Source: an uncultured bacterium (GTDB lineage: Bacteria; Patescibacteriota; Patescibacteriia; UBA9570; XYC2-FULL-38-9). Taken from it: 64,000 bases of DNA. The stretch spans positions 177,066 to 241,065 of the forward strand of contig CALKUP010000002.1 in the NCBI GenBank assembly GCA_937996685.1, written 5' to 3'. Position 1 is the first letter of the stretch, and each line of letters begins with the position of its first letter. A program made the translations under genes and the position numbers. This document shows positions 37,156-45,937 of the stretch, in pieces. The notes under the pieces are model-generated. The model saw nothing but the letters and a program-made list of their open reading frames with translations. It made no database searches and had not been told where the DNA came from.

Positions 37156-38653
37156 TTTTGGATTCTTTTATTATTTTCATGAAATGATCCCAAGGAATTT
37201 TTTGAAAACCCCTTGGCATATTTGTGACACTTTGTATTATACCTAAATCAATTAATTTAGCTAGATTGATTCGTCTAGGTAAAGAGTACGCGTATAGAAA
37301 ATTTAATACAAATGGTCTATATTTTGGATTTTTATTCCACATTTTTACTAGTCCTGCTTGATCAAAAACTGAGCGTTTTCTGCAGGCACGTATAAATTCA
37401 ACAGGGTCTTTAATGTTGTCGATGACAGAGTCTACGATTCCAATCGTGGTTACGACACCGTCTCTAAAGCCACCATTTCTATAGAAGACAATAATATCAC
37501 CGGGCTTCATAGTTCGCGTTGGAGCGTGTGATATATAAGGCTTACTAATGGCGTTTCTATGTGGTTGTTGTTCAATAAAACCAAGGGGGGACTCGGTCTT
37601 TAAAATTGAATCGGGAAAAAATTCTGTATGATAGACCTGATTTATGCAGGTAAAGTATACATCGGCATTCTTTTTAACGAAGGGGTAGCTAGATTTTGGT
37701 TCGTCTAGAGATGGTTGAGTATTTATGAATTTTCTAACATATACTCGTTCATCACCATTGGTGGTTTTTTTTATTCCCCAGAACTTAAAGCCGTACTGTT
37801 CTAGTAAGAAGATAAGACTCCCGTGGGCATGTGTTTTTTCAAATATAGTCACATAAATCTCATCCACTTTATATTGTAACGCATTATCAAAAATAATTTT
37901 AATGAATCGTTCTCCAATTTTTAAACCGGTAACTTGTACTTTTAAAGTGCCGATCTTTAGTCTTTTTTTTGGTAAAAATACAGGTGTTATATTGTGATAA
38001 CTTTCGGATTGAGATTCTAGTTTTATATAAAGAAAGGCCTCAAGGTTCCCGTCATCTTCATATACATACGCTGTTTCTTCAGACTTCGAGTTAAACCATT
38101 CGTCAAACTCCTCGTAATCTGCTCTAAAACTATCAAAAAAAGTATCTTGTAGATTGATCTCTCCAAATAATTTCTTTTGTACAGATTTTACTCTGTAATC
38201 AACTAGACTAGGATTTTCCGTTATTATTTTTTCAAGTAGTTTTTCGACAGTGTAAATTTTATCATCGATATTCAAGAGTGCGGCTTTTTTGTGTATCTTT
38301 AGGTCATCCGTAATCAAGCAATCAACGCGATTGCTGTAGACCTCATTTAGAAGGGTTGAGTCATTGATGTCATTTTGATTTTTGTCATGTTCAGCAGAGA
38401 TTTTTTGCACTTCTGGGCTAATCTGCGCTGGCGACTGAATCGTATAATAATTATCAGACTTGACTTGCATTGCCTGCACGACCTTGGGGTCAGCATGGTT
38501 TGATAATTCAGACCTAGTTATTGGATGGATGCACTTTTTATAGCCAAGTTGGTCGAGCCAATAAAAAAGACGGCCAATATCTTCATGTCTCACATATCTA
38601 CCCTCGCGACTCACAATAACATTTGTATCAAGTAATATCTTTATATTTGTCAT
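37130..38653 (-). CDS. PIN-domain protein fused to a GNAT-like central region and a C-terminal EVE/PUA-like domain
   Basis: N-terminal PIN (ILLDTNVIV...DCLITDDLKIHKKA acidic residues); central LKIGERFIKIIFDNA...LLEQYGFKFWG resembles a GNAT fold; C-terminal KPGDIIVFYRNGG...GVVTTIGIVDSV resembles EVE/PUA; ~30% GC. Confidence 0.45.
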   Translation of the reverse strand: MTNIKILLDTNVIVSREGRYVRHEDIGRLFYWLDQLGYKKCIHPITRSELSNHADPKVVQAMQVKSDNYYTIQSPAQISPEVQKISAEHDKNQNDINDSTLLNEVYSNRVDCLITDDLKIHKKAALLNIDDKIYTVEKLLEKIITENPSLVDYRVKSVQKKLFGEINLQDTFFDSFRADYEEFDEWFNSKSEETAYVYEDDGNLEAFLYIKLESQSESYHNITPVFLPKKRLKIGTLKVQVTGLKIGERFIKIIFDNALQYKVDEIYVTIFEKTHAHGSLIFLLEQYGFKFWGIKKTTNGDERVYVRKFINTQPSLDEPKSSYPFVKKNADVYFTCINQVYHTEFFPDSILKTESPLGFIEQQPHRNAISKPYISHAPTRTMKPGDIIVFYRNGGFRDGVVTTIGIVDSVIDNIKDPVEFIRACRKRSVFDQAGLVKMWNKNPKYRPFVLNFLYAYSLPRRINLAKLIDLGIIQSVTNMPRGFQKIPWDHFMKIIKESKSDESIIVD

Positions 38654-38827
38654 ATATCAAACACTAGCAAAAAAAGAATATAATTCCTAGTTATGGCATG
38701 GAATATCCCATATAATTGGGTCAGTAGTATATCATTTTAACTATTATAAAAGTATCGGAACTTTTTCTATTATATATATTCAAATACGCCTCTTATAATT
38801 CCCAAGAGAATAGTGTAGTCTATAGAC

Positions 38828-39460
38828 ATGCAAATACTCCTCATAGCACTCATCATTCTCATTGCCGCGATCAGCATTTGGACAGCGTTCGGCTATTTCA
38901 GCGTCAAAAACCTTGAAGAGCCGGCATATACCGTTATCGATACAAAAAAGGGATATGAAATTCGGAAATACGAATCTTATCTCGTTGCGGAAACAACCGT
39001 CTCCGGAGATTACGACGCCGCGCTGAACACCGGCTTTTCGCGCATCGCAAATTACATCTTTGGAAACAATACAAGTCAGACGAAACTAGAAGGTGAAGGC
39101 GCGCGTGGTGAAACAACATCGGAAAAAATTGCAATGACAATCCCTGTCGCGCAAACACGCACTGGAGACAATGAGCGCGTTGTCTATTTTGTGTTACCGA
39201 GTAAATATTCAATCGACACAATTCCACAACCAAACACACACAATGTTCGTGTGCGAGAAGTGAGTTCGTTTACAGCGGCAGTGTTACGATTTTCATGGTA
39301 TGCAACAGAGCGTCGCATTGAACACAAACAACAAGAGTTGTTCGACGCATTGAAACGCGATGGTGTGCAGGTTTCTGGCAAGCCAACAACTGCGCTTTAC
39401 AACCCGCCAATCTCTCCACCATATCTGTTGCGGAATGAAATTATTATTCCGATAAAATAA
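38828..39460 (+). CDS. SOUL/HBP heme-binding family protein with N-terminal TM anchor
   Basis: EEPAYTVIDTKKGYEIRKYESYLVAET... SOUL signature. Confidence 0.6.
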   Translation: MQILLIALIILIAAISIWTAFGYFSVKNLEEPAYTVIDTKKGYEIRKYESYLVAETTVSGDYDAALNTGFSRIANYIFGNNTSQTKLEGEGARGETTSEKIAMTIPVAQTRTGDNERVVYFVLPSKYSIDTIPQPNTHNVRVREVSSFTAAVLRFSWYATERRIEHKQQELFDALKRDGVQVSGKPTTALYNPPISPPYLLRNEIIIPIK

Positions 39461-39502
39461 TAGATCTTGCTAAATCAAAGAAATGCACTATTATAAAAAC
39501 CT

Positions 39503-39946
39503 ATGACAGATCTATACCATCAACTAGGCAAAAATTTTAAGGGTGAAGATATTTTTGTTACAATCGCTTCTGGTCCAGTAATTGTAAATGAGGACAAGAA
39601 ATTCCTGCTACATATTTCTGAAAGCACTGAAAAGTACCAATTTACTGGCGGTCGCTTGAATGATTCGCAGTCACCACAACAAAACGCAATCAATCGACCA
39701 TTTGAAGATCTGGGATTACAAGTCATGCTAACAGAAGGAGTTGATCCGCTTATTGTTACTGATGAAATTGAGCGCGATGGGAAAGTAGAGCGTCTCGTTT
39801 TAATGCATTATGTTGCTATCATTCCAGTTGATGCTGAGATTGGTGAGTGCCAGTGGTTTTCTATTGATGAAATCCGTGAGCTTGAAAAACAAGGCCAGTT
39901 ATCATCTCTAAACGTTCGAATTGCTTGTGAGCATTTTTTAAAATAA
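39503..39946 (+). CDS. hypothetical protein (degenerate Nudix-like)
   Basis: GGRLNDSQSPQQNAINRPFEDLGL weakly resembles a Nudix box; low confidence. Confidence 0.25.
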   Translation: MTDLYHQLGKNFKGEDIFVTIASGPVIVNEDKKFLLHISESTEKYQFTGGRLNDSQSPQQNAINRPFEDLGLQVMLTEGVDPLIVTDEIERDGKVERLVLMHYVAIIPVDAEIGECQWFSIDEIRELEKQGQLSSLNVRIACEHFLK

Positions 39947-39986
39947 TACAGTCTAAATAAGTTTGTGTTCAATAATGTAAACGAGT

Positions 39987-40355
39987 ATGAGTAAAGATCA
40001 TGTCAGTAGTGATAAAATTAGCGGGGATCATACAACGTTTATTGAGCCCGCAGCTGCTCTTGTTGAATATGTTGTAAGGTTAGATTCTGTGCGGAGAGTC
40101 ACCCCAGGTTTTATTGAGGCTGGTTTAAAGGGTGGGCAATCTGGACCGCCAAGAATAAAAATCACAATGGGGGATGGATGTGTAAAATTAGCAGTTCGTC
40201 AAAACAAGTCCCTGCAAACAGTTTTTATTTACACCAGCGATGTTCAGGCGACAACAGAATTTACCGCGCGTTCCGCACGTGATTTAGGGTATGATATTCA
40301 TTTTGATACTCGTGAAGAAAATGATCTGACGCTCCGAACTCGTCGACCAAAATAA
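39987..40355 (+). CDS. hypothetical protein
   Basis: 122-aa ORF with no recognised domain. Confidence 0.25.
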   Translation: MSKDHVSSDKISGDHTTFIEPAAALVEYVVRLDSVRRVTPGFIEAGLKGGQSGPPRIKITMGDGCVKLAVRQNKSLQTVFIYTSDVQATTEFTARSARDLGYDIHFDTREENDLTLRTRRPK

Positions 40356-40428
40356 TCAATACAAAAAAGCTAGTCGGCAGTAAGACTAGCGTGTTTTGTT
40401 TGTTATACGACCACTAAAAAGATATGTA

Positions 40429-40824
40429 TTATATCTTCTTCAACTTGCCTTTATTCTTCACAATATTTTTGTAATCCCATTGAACAGTTTTGGATTCTTT
40501 GAGCCATTTGCGCAGGTCGCTGAGTTTTATGTCAGTGAGTGATTCATATCGTTTCTCCGCGGCTTTAAATGAGCCTTCTTTTGTGAGACCTGGATGGGTG
40601 AATGATTGACCGCTCCAAAACAGGAGAGACACGCCAGTTTTTTGCACGCTGTAGCCAGCAACTGGATTTTCATCAATAAACCAAACAGGTGCGCCGTGCC
40701 AGACTTTACTCGTCGCTTTCGGAAGAGCTTTCTCGATTTCCGCGCGCAGAAGGACGCAGATTTTTTTCGTTTCACCTTTTTGCAAGGTGTTGTATTTTGG
40801 GATTGTTGATGCGATTGTTTTCAT
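40429..40824 (-). CDS. DUF1801 (YdhG/YdeI-like) domain protein
   Basis: Second DUF1801-like ORF in the region (...VWHGAPVWFIDENPVAGYSVQKTGVSLLFWSG). Confidence 0.4.
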   Translation of the reverse strand: MKTIASTIPKYNTLQKGETKKICVLLRAEIEKALPKATSKVWHGAPVWFIDENPVAGYSVQKTGVSLLFWSGQSFTHPGLTKEGSFKAAEKRYESLTDIKLSDLRKWLKESKTVQWDYKNIVKNKGKLKKI

Positions 40825-40899
40825 ATACGTACAGTATAGCAGGGTATTGTAAAAATTGCCTACTGCTGTTAAGATGCTCCCGCTTTAAAGGAAAGGCTC

Positions 40900-41169
40900 A
40901 TGACCAACCGAGATTGCCCGCCGCATCTTGGCACTGGAGTCACTCCAAAAGACTCGACGTGTCATGATCATGCGAGCGCTGCTCAACAGGGCTTTCATAA
41001 CCTGCATTGCCGGCTCATCGGCTGTCCGTACGCAAAACCAGGTCTTGAGCGTCACGGAGACACCCTGATTATCAAGCCGCGGAATTGGTTAGAGGACTTG
41101 CTGTTGAAGCTTGATCCTTTGATCAATGCCGCCCGTCGTTTCCACGTGTTCATTCGGAGGAAGTCATGA
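40900..41169 (+). CDS. hypothetical Cys/His-rich small protein, GC-rich
   Basis: GGAAAGG SD before ATG; stop overlaps next gene start (ATGA); ~58% GC. Confidence 0.35.
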   Translation: MTNRDCPPHLGTGVTPKDSTCHDHASAAQQGFHNLHCRLIGCPYAKPGLERHGDTLIIKPRNWLEDLLLKLDPLINAARRFHVFIRRKS

Positions 41170-41462
41170 AGATAGCGGAGATTGCGGCGCTTCTGAGCGA
41201 TCCTGCCACCCGCCGGTTGCTGGCAGAGGGCATTGGGATCATCAAGATCTTGAAGGACAACAAACGCCTCACACCAGAGGCTGTGCAAGCCGTGGTTGAC
41301 GGCATTGAGCCGCTCAAGAGGCTTGCGGCGTCTCAGGTGCATGCACGAGAGATCATGGAGAGCATCGACCTCCTTGTGAAGCTCTTGATGAAGCCTGGAG
41401 GACTTGCAGCCTTGCGGCACTTCGCGAGGTCTTTCGTCGATCTCATCGAAAACCCTCTGTGA
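41166..41462 (+). CDS. hypothetical small helical protein, GC-rich
   Basis: Translationally coupled (ATGA overlap) to the 40900 ORF. Confidence 0.35.
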   Translation: MKIAEIAALLSDPATRRLLAEGIGIIKILKDNKRLTPEAVQAVVDGIEPLKRLAASQVHAREIMESIDLLVKLLMKPGGLAALRHFARSFVDLIENPL

Positions 41463-41515
41463 TGAACACGTTCGTCTGAGGGTTCGTTTTTTTATCAGAA
41501 AGAAATGAGGCAAAT

Positions 41516-41545
41516 AAAAAACCCGCATTGCTGCGGATTTTTTAT
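41516..41545. terminator. bidirectional rho-independent terminator
   Basis: AAAAAACCCGCattgcTGCGGATTTTTTAT; lies between cspA (minus) and the GC-rich pair (plus). Confidence 0.6.
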
Positions 41546-41569
41546 AATCAAGTGTTGAATGAACGTTGC

Positions 41570-41770
41570 TTATGCAGCAAGTTGTACGTCAACGGCGCGT
41601 GGTCCTTTGTCTGATTGTTCTACTTCGAATGAAACAGTGTCTCCGATGTTGAGTTCATTATATGATACGCCAACGAGTGCAGAAGAATGGAAAAAGATTT
41701 CTTTTTCTTGACCTTCAGCTGCGATAAAGCCGAAGCCCTTATCTGTCATGTTTTTGATAGTTCCTACCAT
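41570..41770 (-). CDS. cspA: cold-shock protein (CspA family)
   Basis: GTIKNMTDKGFGFIAAEGQEKEIFFHSSAL RNP1/RNP2 motifs; 66 aa. Confidence 0.9.
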   Translation of the reverse strand: MVGTIKNMTDKGFGFIAAEGQEKEIFFHSSALVGVSYNELNIGDTVSFEVEQSDKGPRAVDVQLAA

Positions 41771-41952
41771 AGTGTTTACGTTATATTCTGACTAAATTAT
41801 ACAAAAAGTTGAGTTTGAAGTTTGATTACGCTTCGCAGATCTCCTTATTGACCCGACCATTATTACATATTTTTTTAAAATTGTCAAATGCATTGCACTG
41901 TCGCCCTGTGTAAAATCCCGTATATACGAAAAGTCTGCTATACTCACTGTCT

Positions 41953-43206
41953 ATGACACAAGACAGAGCTCTAGAATTATTACGGGAAGGACACAATGTA
42001 TTGTTGACAGGGCCGGCCGGTTCAGGGAAGACATATGTGTTAAATGAGTTTATTGCGTGGGCAAAAAAGGAAGGAAAGAAGGTTGCGGTGACTGCGTCGA
42101 CGGGAATTGCCGCAACTCATTTGAATGGAGTGACGATCCATTCATGGGCAGGTATTGGGATTAAAGATGCGTTGTCCGAACAAGATATTGGCGGAATGAT
42201 GCAAAAAGAGTTTTTGAAGAAGCGGTTTCTCGGGACTGATATTTTGATTATTGATGAAATTTCGATGTTGCACTCCTATCGCTTAGATATGGTTGATCAA
42301 ATTTTGCGGTTAATTCGGGATCGTCGCGATGTGCCGTTTGGTGGAATCCAGATTGTATTGTCTGGTGATTTCTTTCAGTTGCCGCCGATTGAAAAAAATA
42401 GCAGCAAGACACATTTTGCGTTTGAAGCAGCAGTGTGGGAGGAAGCGCGTCTCGCAGTGTGCTATTTAGACACGGTGTATCGTCAGGCGAATGATCCGTT
42501 GTTGCAAATTTTACAAGAGATTCGCAATGGAGAGGTAAGCGAGGCGCTTGGGGAATCGCTCATGGAGCGGGCTGATGTCACGCCGCCGGACACGATCACG
42601 CCGACACGTTTGTATACGCATAACATTGATGTTGATAAACAAAACGCGCAAGAGCTCGCGGCAATTGTTGAACCAGTCAGACAATTTCAAATGACGAGTT
42701 TTGGAAAAAAGCAAGATGTTGCAACATTGAAAAAATATTGTTTGGCTCCAGAAATGCTGGAATTGAAAATTGGCGCGCAAGTGATGTTCGTGAAGAATAA
42801 TTTTTCCGCTGGGTACGCGAATGGAACACTCGGCACAGTTGTGGATTTTGTGAGTGATGCGCCAGTGGTGCAAACAGCTGACGGTGAAGAGATTGTGGTT
42901 CCGGTTGAAAGTTGGGTCATGGAAATCGCTGGGGCAATCATTGCGCAGGTCTCGCAGTTTCCGTTGCGGCTCGCGTGGGCAATCACAGTCCACAAAAGCC
43001 AAGGGATGACGCTCGATGCCGTGTCTGTTGATTTGAGTAAATCGTTTGTAGCTGGAATGGGGTATGTCGCGCTCTCGCGTGTCCGTTCGCTTGATGGGTT
43101 GTATATTGTTGGTTTGAATCGGATGGCGCTCAGTGTTGACCCGCTGGTTCAGCATTTTGATGGGCAATTTCAAAAACAGTCTGAATTGATCGCTGAAAAA
43201 AATTGA
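41953..43206 (+). CDS. PIF1/RecD-family ATP-dependent DNA helicase
   Basis: Walker A LLTGPAGSGKTYVL, Walker B ILIIDEISML, motif IV VLSGDFFQLPPI, motif V ITVHKSQGMTLD. Confidence 0.7.
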   Translation: MTQDRALELLREGHNVLLTGPAGSGKTYVLNEFIAWAKKEGKKVAVTASTGIAATHLNGVTIHSWAGIGIKDALSEQDIGGMMQKEFLKKRFLGTDILIIDEISMLHSYRLDMVDQILRLIRDRRDVPFGGIQIVLSGDFFQLPPIEKNSSKTHFAFEAAVWEEARLAVCYLDTVYRQANDPLLQILQEIRNGEVSEALGESLMERADVTPPDTITPTRLYTHNIDVDKQNAQELAAIVEPVRQFQMTSFGKKQDVATLKKYCLAPEMLELKIGAQVMFVKNNFSAGYANGTLGTVVDFVSDAPVVQTADGEEIVVPVESWVMEIAGAIIAQVSQFPLRLAWAITVHKSQGMTLDAVSVDLSKSFVAGMGYVALSRVRSLDGLYIVGLNRMALSVDPLVQHFDGQFQKQSELIAEKN

Positions 43207-43367
43207 CAAGCAGGGGAGTAATACAAAAGTTGTTCACACGGATATTTGACGAGGTTTCTGTCTGTATGCATCGAAAGATATGAGGCTGTCATATCTTTAT
43301 TTGCGTGATTTTTTACTGTCTGTATACTGCTGCTACCTTACAACACAAGACAACATGAGGCATACAA

Positions 43368-44045
43368 ATGGCACTGAATCATCTCGCGATCATTGCGGAT
43401 GGCAATAGGCGCTTTGGAAGGGCTCGGGGAGGCACCGGTTCTGACGGACATCAAAAAGGCGCAGACAATACGGATGTCATTTTGCGCTGGTGTCGAAACA
43501 ACGAGGTGTCGTATCTGACGCTGTACTTGTTCTCGCTCTATAATTGGGAGCGACCGCCTGACGAAGTGGCGTTTCTCATGCGGCTCATCAAGCACTTTTG
43601 CGAAAGCAAAAAAGCGGAGTTGCTACAAGACAACGTGCGGGTGTGCGTCATCGGGAATCTCGCTGACCCACGGTTTCCGGACGAAACCCGCGCAGCAGTC
43701 GAGTGTCTGGTCGCGGCGACAGCAGGTTGCACAGGCTTGACCCTCATTCTCGCGCTGTCATACGACGGTGTTGACGAAGTGCGACGCGCCGGGAAGCGCT
43801 GGCAGGCGAGCGACTGCTCTGGGGAAGTGACGGATTTTCTCGACACAGCATTGCTCGGCATTCCAGATCCCGACCTCGTTCTCCGGACAAGCGGTGAGCA
43901 GCGCCTGAGTGGCTTCTTGTCACTCCAGGCGAGTTACGCAGAGCTCATGTTCGTGGATGCGGCATATCCCGAGCTGAGTGTCGAAGTGCTCGACAGTGTC
44001 ATGGCGGCTTTTCAGCAGCGCGATCGACGCTTCGGAAAACGGTAA
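43368..44045 (+). CDS. uppS: undecaprenyl diphosphate synthase (cis-prenyltransferase), high-GC
   Basis: HLAIIADGNRRFGR, LTLYLFSLYNWERP, RTSGEQRLSGFL, FQQRDRRFG; ~60% GC. Confidence 0.8.
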   Translation: MALNHLAIIADGNRRFGRARGGTGSDGHQKGADNTDVILRWCRNNEVSYLTLYLFSLYNWERPPDEVAFLMRLIKHFCESKKAELLQDNVRVCVIGNLADPRFPDETRAAVECLVAATAGCTGLTLILALSYDGVDEVRRAGKRWQASDCSGEVTDFLDTALLGIPDPDLVLRTSGEQRLSGFLSLQASYAELMFVDAAYPELSVEVLDSVMAAFQQRDRRFGKR

Positions 44046-44121
44046 GGACTCGACTCGTTTCGCCTGGTTGTAACAGCCACGCAAGCGAGTCATTTTTTCT
44101 ATTTTATGGTATAATCATTTT

Positions 44122-45927
44122 ATGAAATATACGACATTATACCCATTATTGTGGCGCCCAATTTTCGTGCTTGTGAGCATTATTGTTGCGGTTGTCTTTC
44201 AATTTTCTTTTGATCAAGCGCTCATTGCGAATATCATCTGGATTGCCGCTGTCTTTATTGGTGCATGGCGCTTTCTGTCTGATACCATTACAGATATTCT
44301 GCATGGTCAATTTGGTCTTGATTATATCGCGCTGACTGCTATTGTCGTGGCATTCGTCACTGGCGATTATTTAGTTGGTGCAGTGATTGTTTTCATGTTA
44401 ACAACCGGCGAGGCGCTTGAGGAATATGCATCATTGCGCGCAAAGCAGTCTCTCACATCCTTGATTGATCGTATTCCAAAAAATGTGACAGTACTCGCGC
44501 AGGCAAATCCGGAAGCGGACCGTTCAGAAAAACAGATTGAGCAAGTGCAGATTGGGGAGTATATTCTTGTGCGTCGCGGTGAAGTCATCCCGCTTGACGG
44601 TGTCTTGGAAACAGCAACAGCCCAGACTGACGAATCATCGCTGACTGGCGAACCGTTTTATATTGACAAAGAACAAGGTGACGCGATTCGCAGTGGAACG
44701 ATTAATGTTGGTGATGTGATGGTTGTGCGTGTTACTACAGCGGACAGTGAATCGACCTATCGAAAAATCATCCGCCTTGTTGAAGGTGCGCAAGAATCGA
44801 AAGCGCCGCTGGTGCGACTCGCTGATCGTTATAGTTTGATTTTTACCGTTGTGACTGCAGTGATTTCTATCGGAGCCTATGCAATGACACAAGATATGAA
44901 TATTGTGCTCGCAGTTTTGGTTGTTGCAACACCGTGCCCGTTGTTGATTGCAACTCCAATTGCACTGATTGGTGGAATGTCTGCCTCTGCGAAACAAAAA
45001 ATCATTTTGAAGAATCTTGCCAGCATCGAAGTATTGTCACGCGTGAATCACATTGTGTTTGATAAAACCGGAACAATCACGCTTGGTGAGCCGGCTGTGA
45101 CACGTGTTGAATTGCGTGATACACCGCTCACGGAAATGGAAATTCTTGGGATTGCATCAAGTATTGAACATAACTCACTGCATCCGATTGCAAAAGCGAT
45201 TGTGATGCACGCAAAACAGGTCAATGCACCGGCGGTTCATGCGAGTGATATTCAAGAGGTGATTGGGCAAGGTATTTCTGGTGTGGTTGATGGTGTGCGA
45301 TATACGCTTGCGAAATATGATGATTCAAATCATTTTGTGATCGCTGTGAAAAAAGACGATGCTGTTATTGCACTTCTTGAAATGGAAGATCAAGTCAAGC
45401 AAGGTTCAAAAAAACAAATGCAGCAGTTGGTTGATAGTGGATTTACGATTGAAATGTTAACAGGGGACAAGAAAACCGTTGCTGAACAAATTGCCGCGAC
45501 TATTGGTGTGCCGATGACCGTTCATGCTGAATGTAGCCCCGCGCAGAAGCTGGAGCGGATTAGCGCTTTGCAAGCTGAAGGAAAAATTGTCGCAATGATT
45601 GGCGACGGGATTAATGATGCGCCGGCGCTGGCTGCGGCAAATGTCGGCATTGTGTTTTCGAATGAAGAAAATACCGCGGCTTCTGAAGCGGCGGATATTG
45701 TCTTGCTTGGCGGCGAATTAACGCAAGTTTTGGCAGTCTTCCACATTGCAAAACGTTCTATTCGCATTGCCTTGCAAAGTATTTGGGTTGGTATCGGATT
45801 GAGTGTTCTGTGCATGCTCGCAGCGGCAGGTGGGTTTATTCCGCCGGTGATTGGGGCAATGTTGCAAGAAGGAATTGATATTATTGTGATTATTAATGCA
45901 TTACGCGCAACGCGGGCCGTTGTGTAA
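44122..45927 (+). CDS. P1B-type heavy-metal-translocating P-type ATPase (CPC motif, no N-terminal HMA domain)
   Basis: TM6 CPC (ATPCPLLIATP), phosphorylation site DKTGTIT, hinge GDGINDAPAL. Confidence 0.75.
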   Translation: MKYTTLYPLLWRPIFVLVSIIVAVVFQFSFDQALIANIIWIAAVFIGAWRFLSDTITDILHGQFGLDYIALTAIVVAFVTGDYLVGAVIVFMLTTGEALEEYASLRAKQSLTSLIDRIPKNVTVLAQANPEADRSEKQIEQVQIGEYILVRRGEVIPLDGVLETATAQTDESSLTGEPFYIDKEQGDAIRSGTINVGDVMVVRVTTADSESTYRKIIRLVEGAQESKAPLVRLADRYSLIFTVVTAVISIGAYAMTQDMNIVLAVLVVATPCPLLIATPIALIGGMSASAKQKIILKNLASIEVLSRVNHIVFDKTGTITLGEPAVTRVELRDTPLTEMEILGIASSIEHNSLHPIAKAIVMHAKQVNAPAVHASDIQEVIGQGISGVVDGVRYTLAKYDDSNHFVIAVKKDDAVIALLEMEDQVKQGSKKQMQQLVDSGFTIEMLTGDKKTVAEQIAATIGVPMTVHAECSPAQKLERISALQAEGKIVAMIGDGINDAPALAAANVGIVFSNEENTAASEAADIVLLGGELTQVLAVFHIAKRSIRIALQSIWVGIGLSVLCMLAAAGGFIPPVIGAMLQEGIDIIVIINALRATRAVV

Positions 45928-45937
45928 GAAATAGTGT

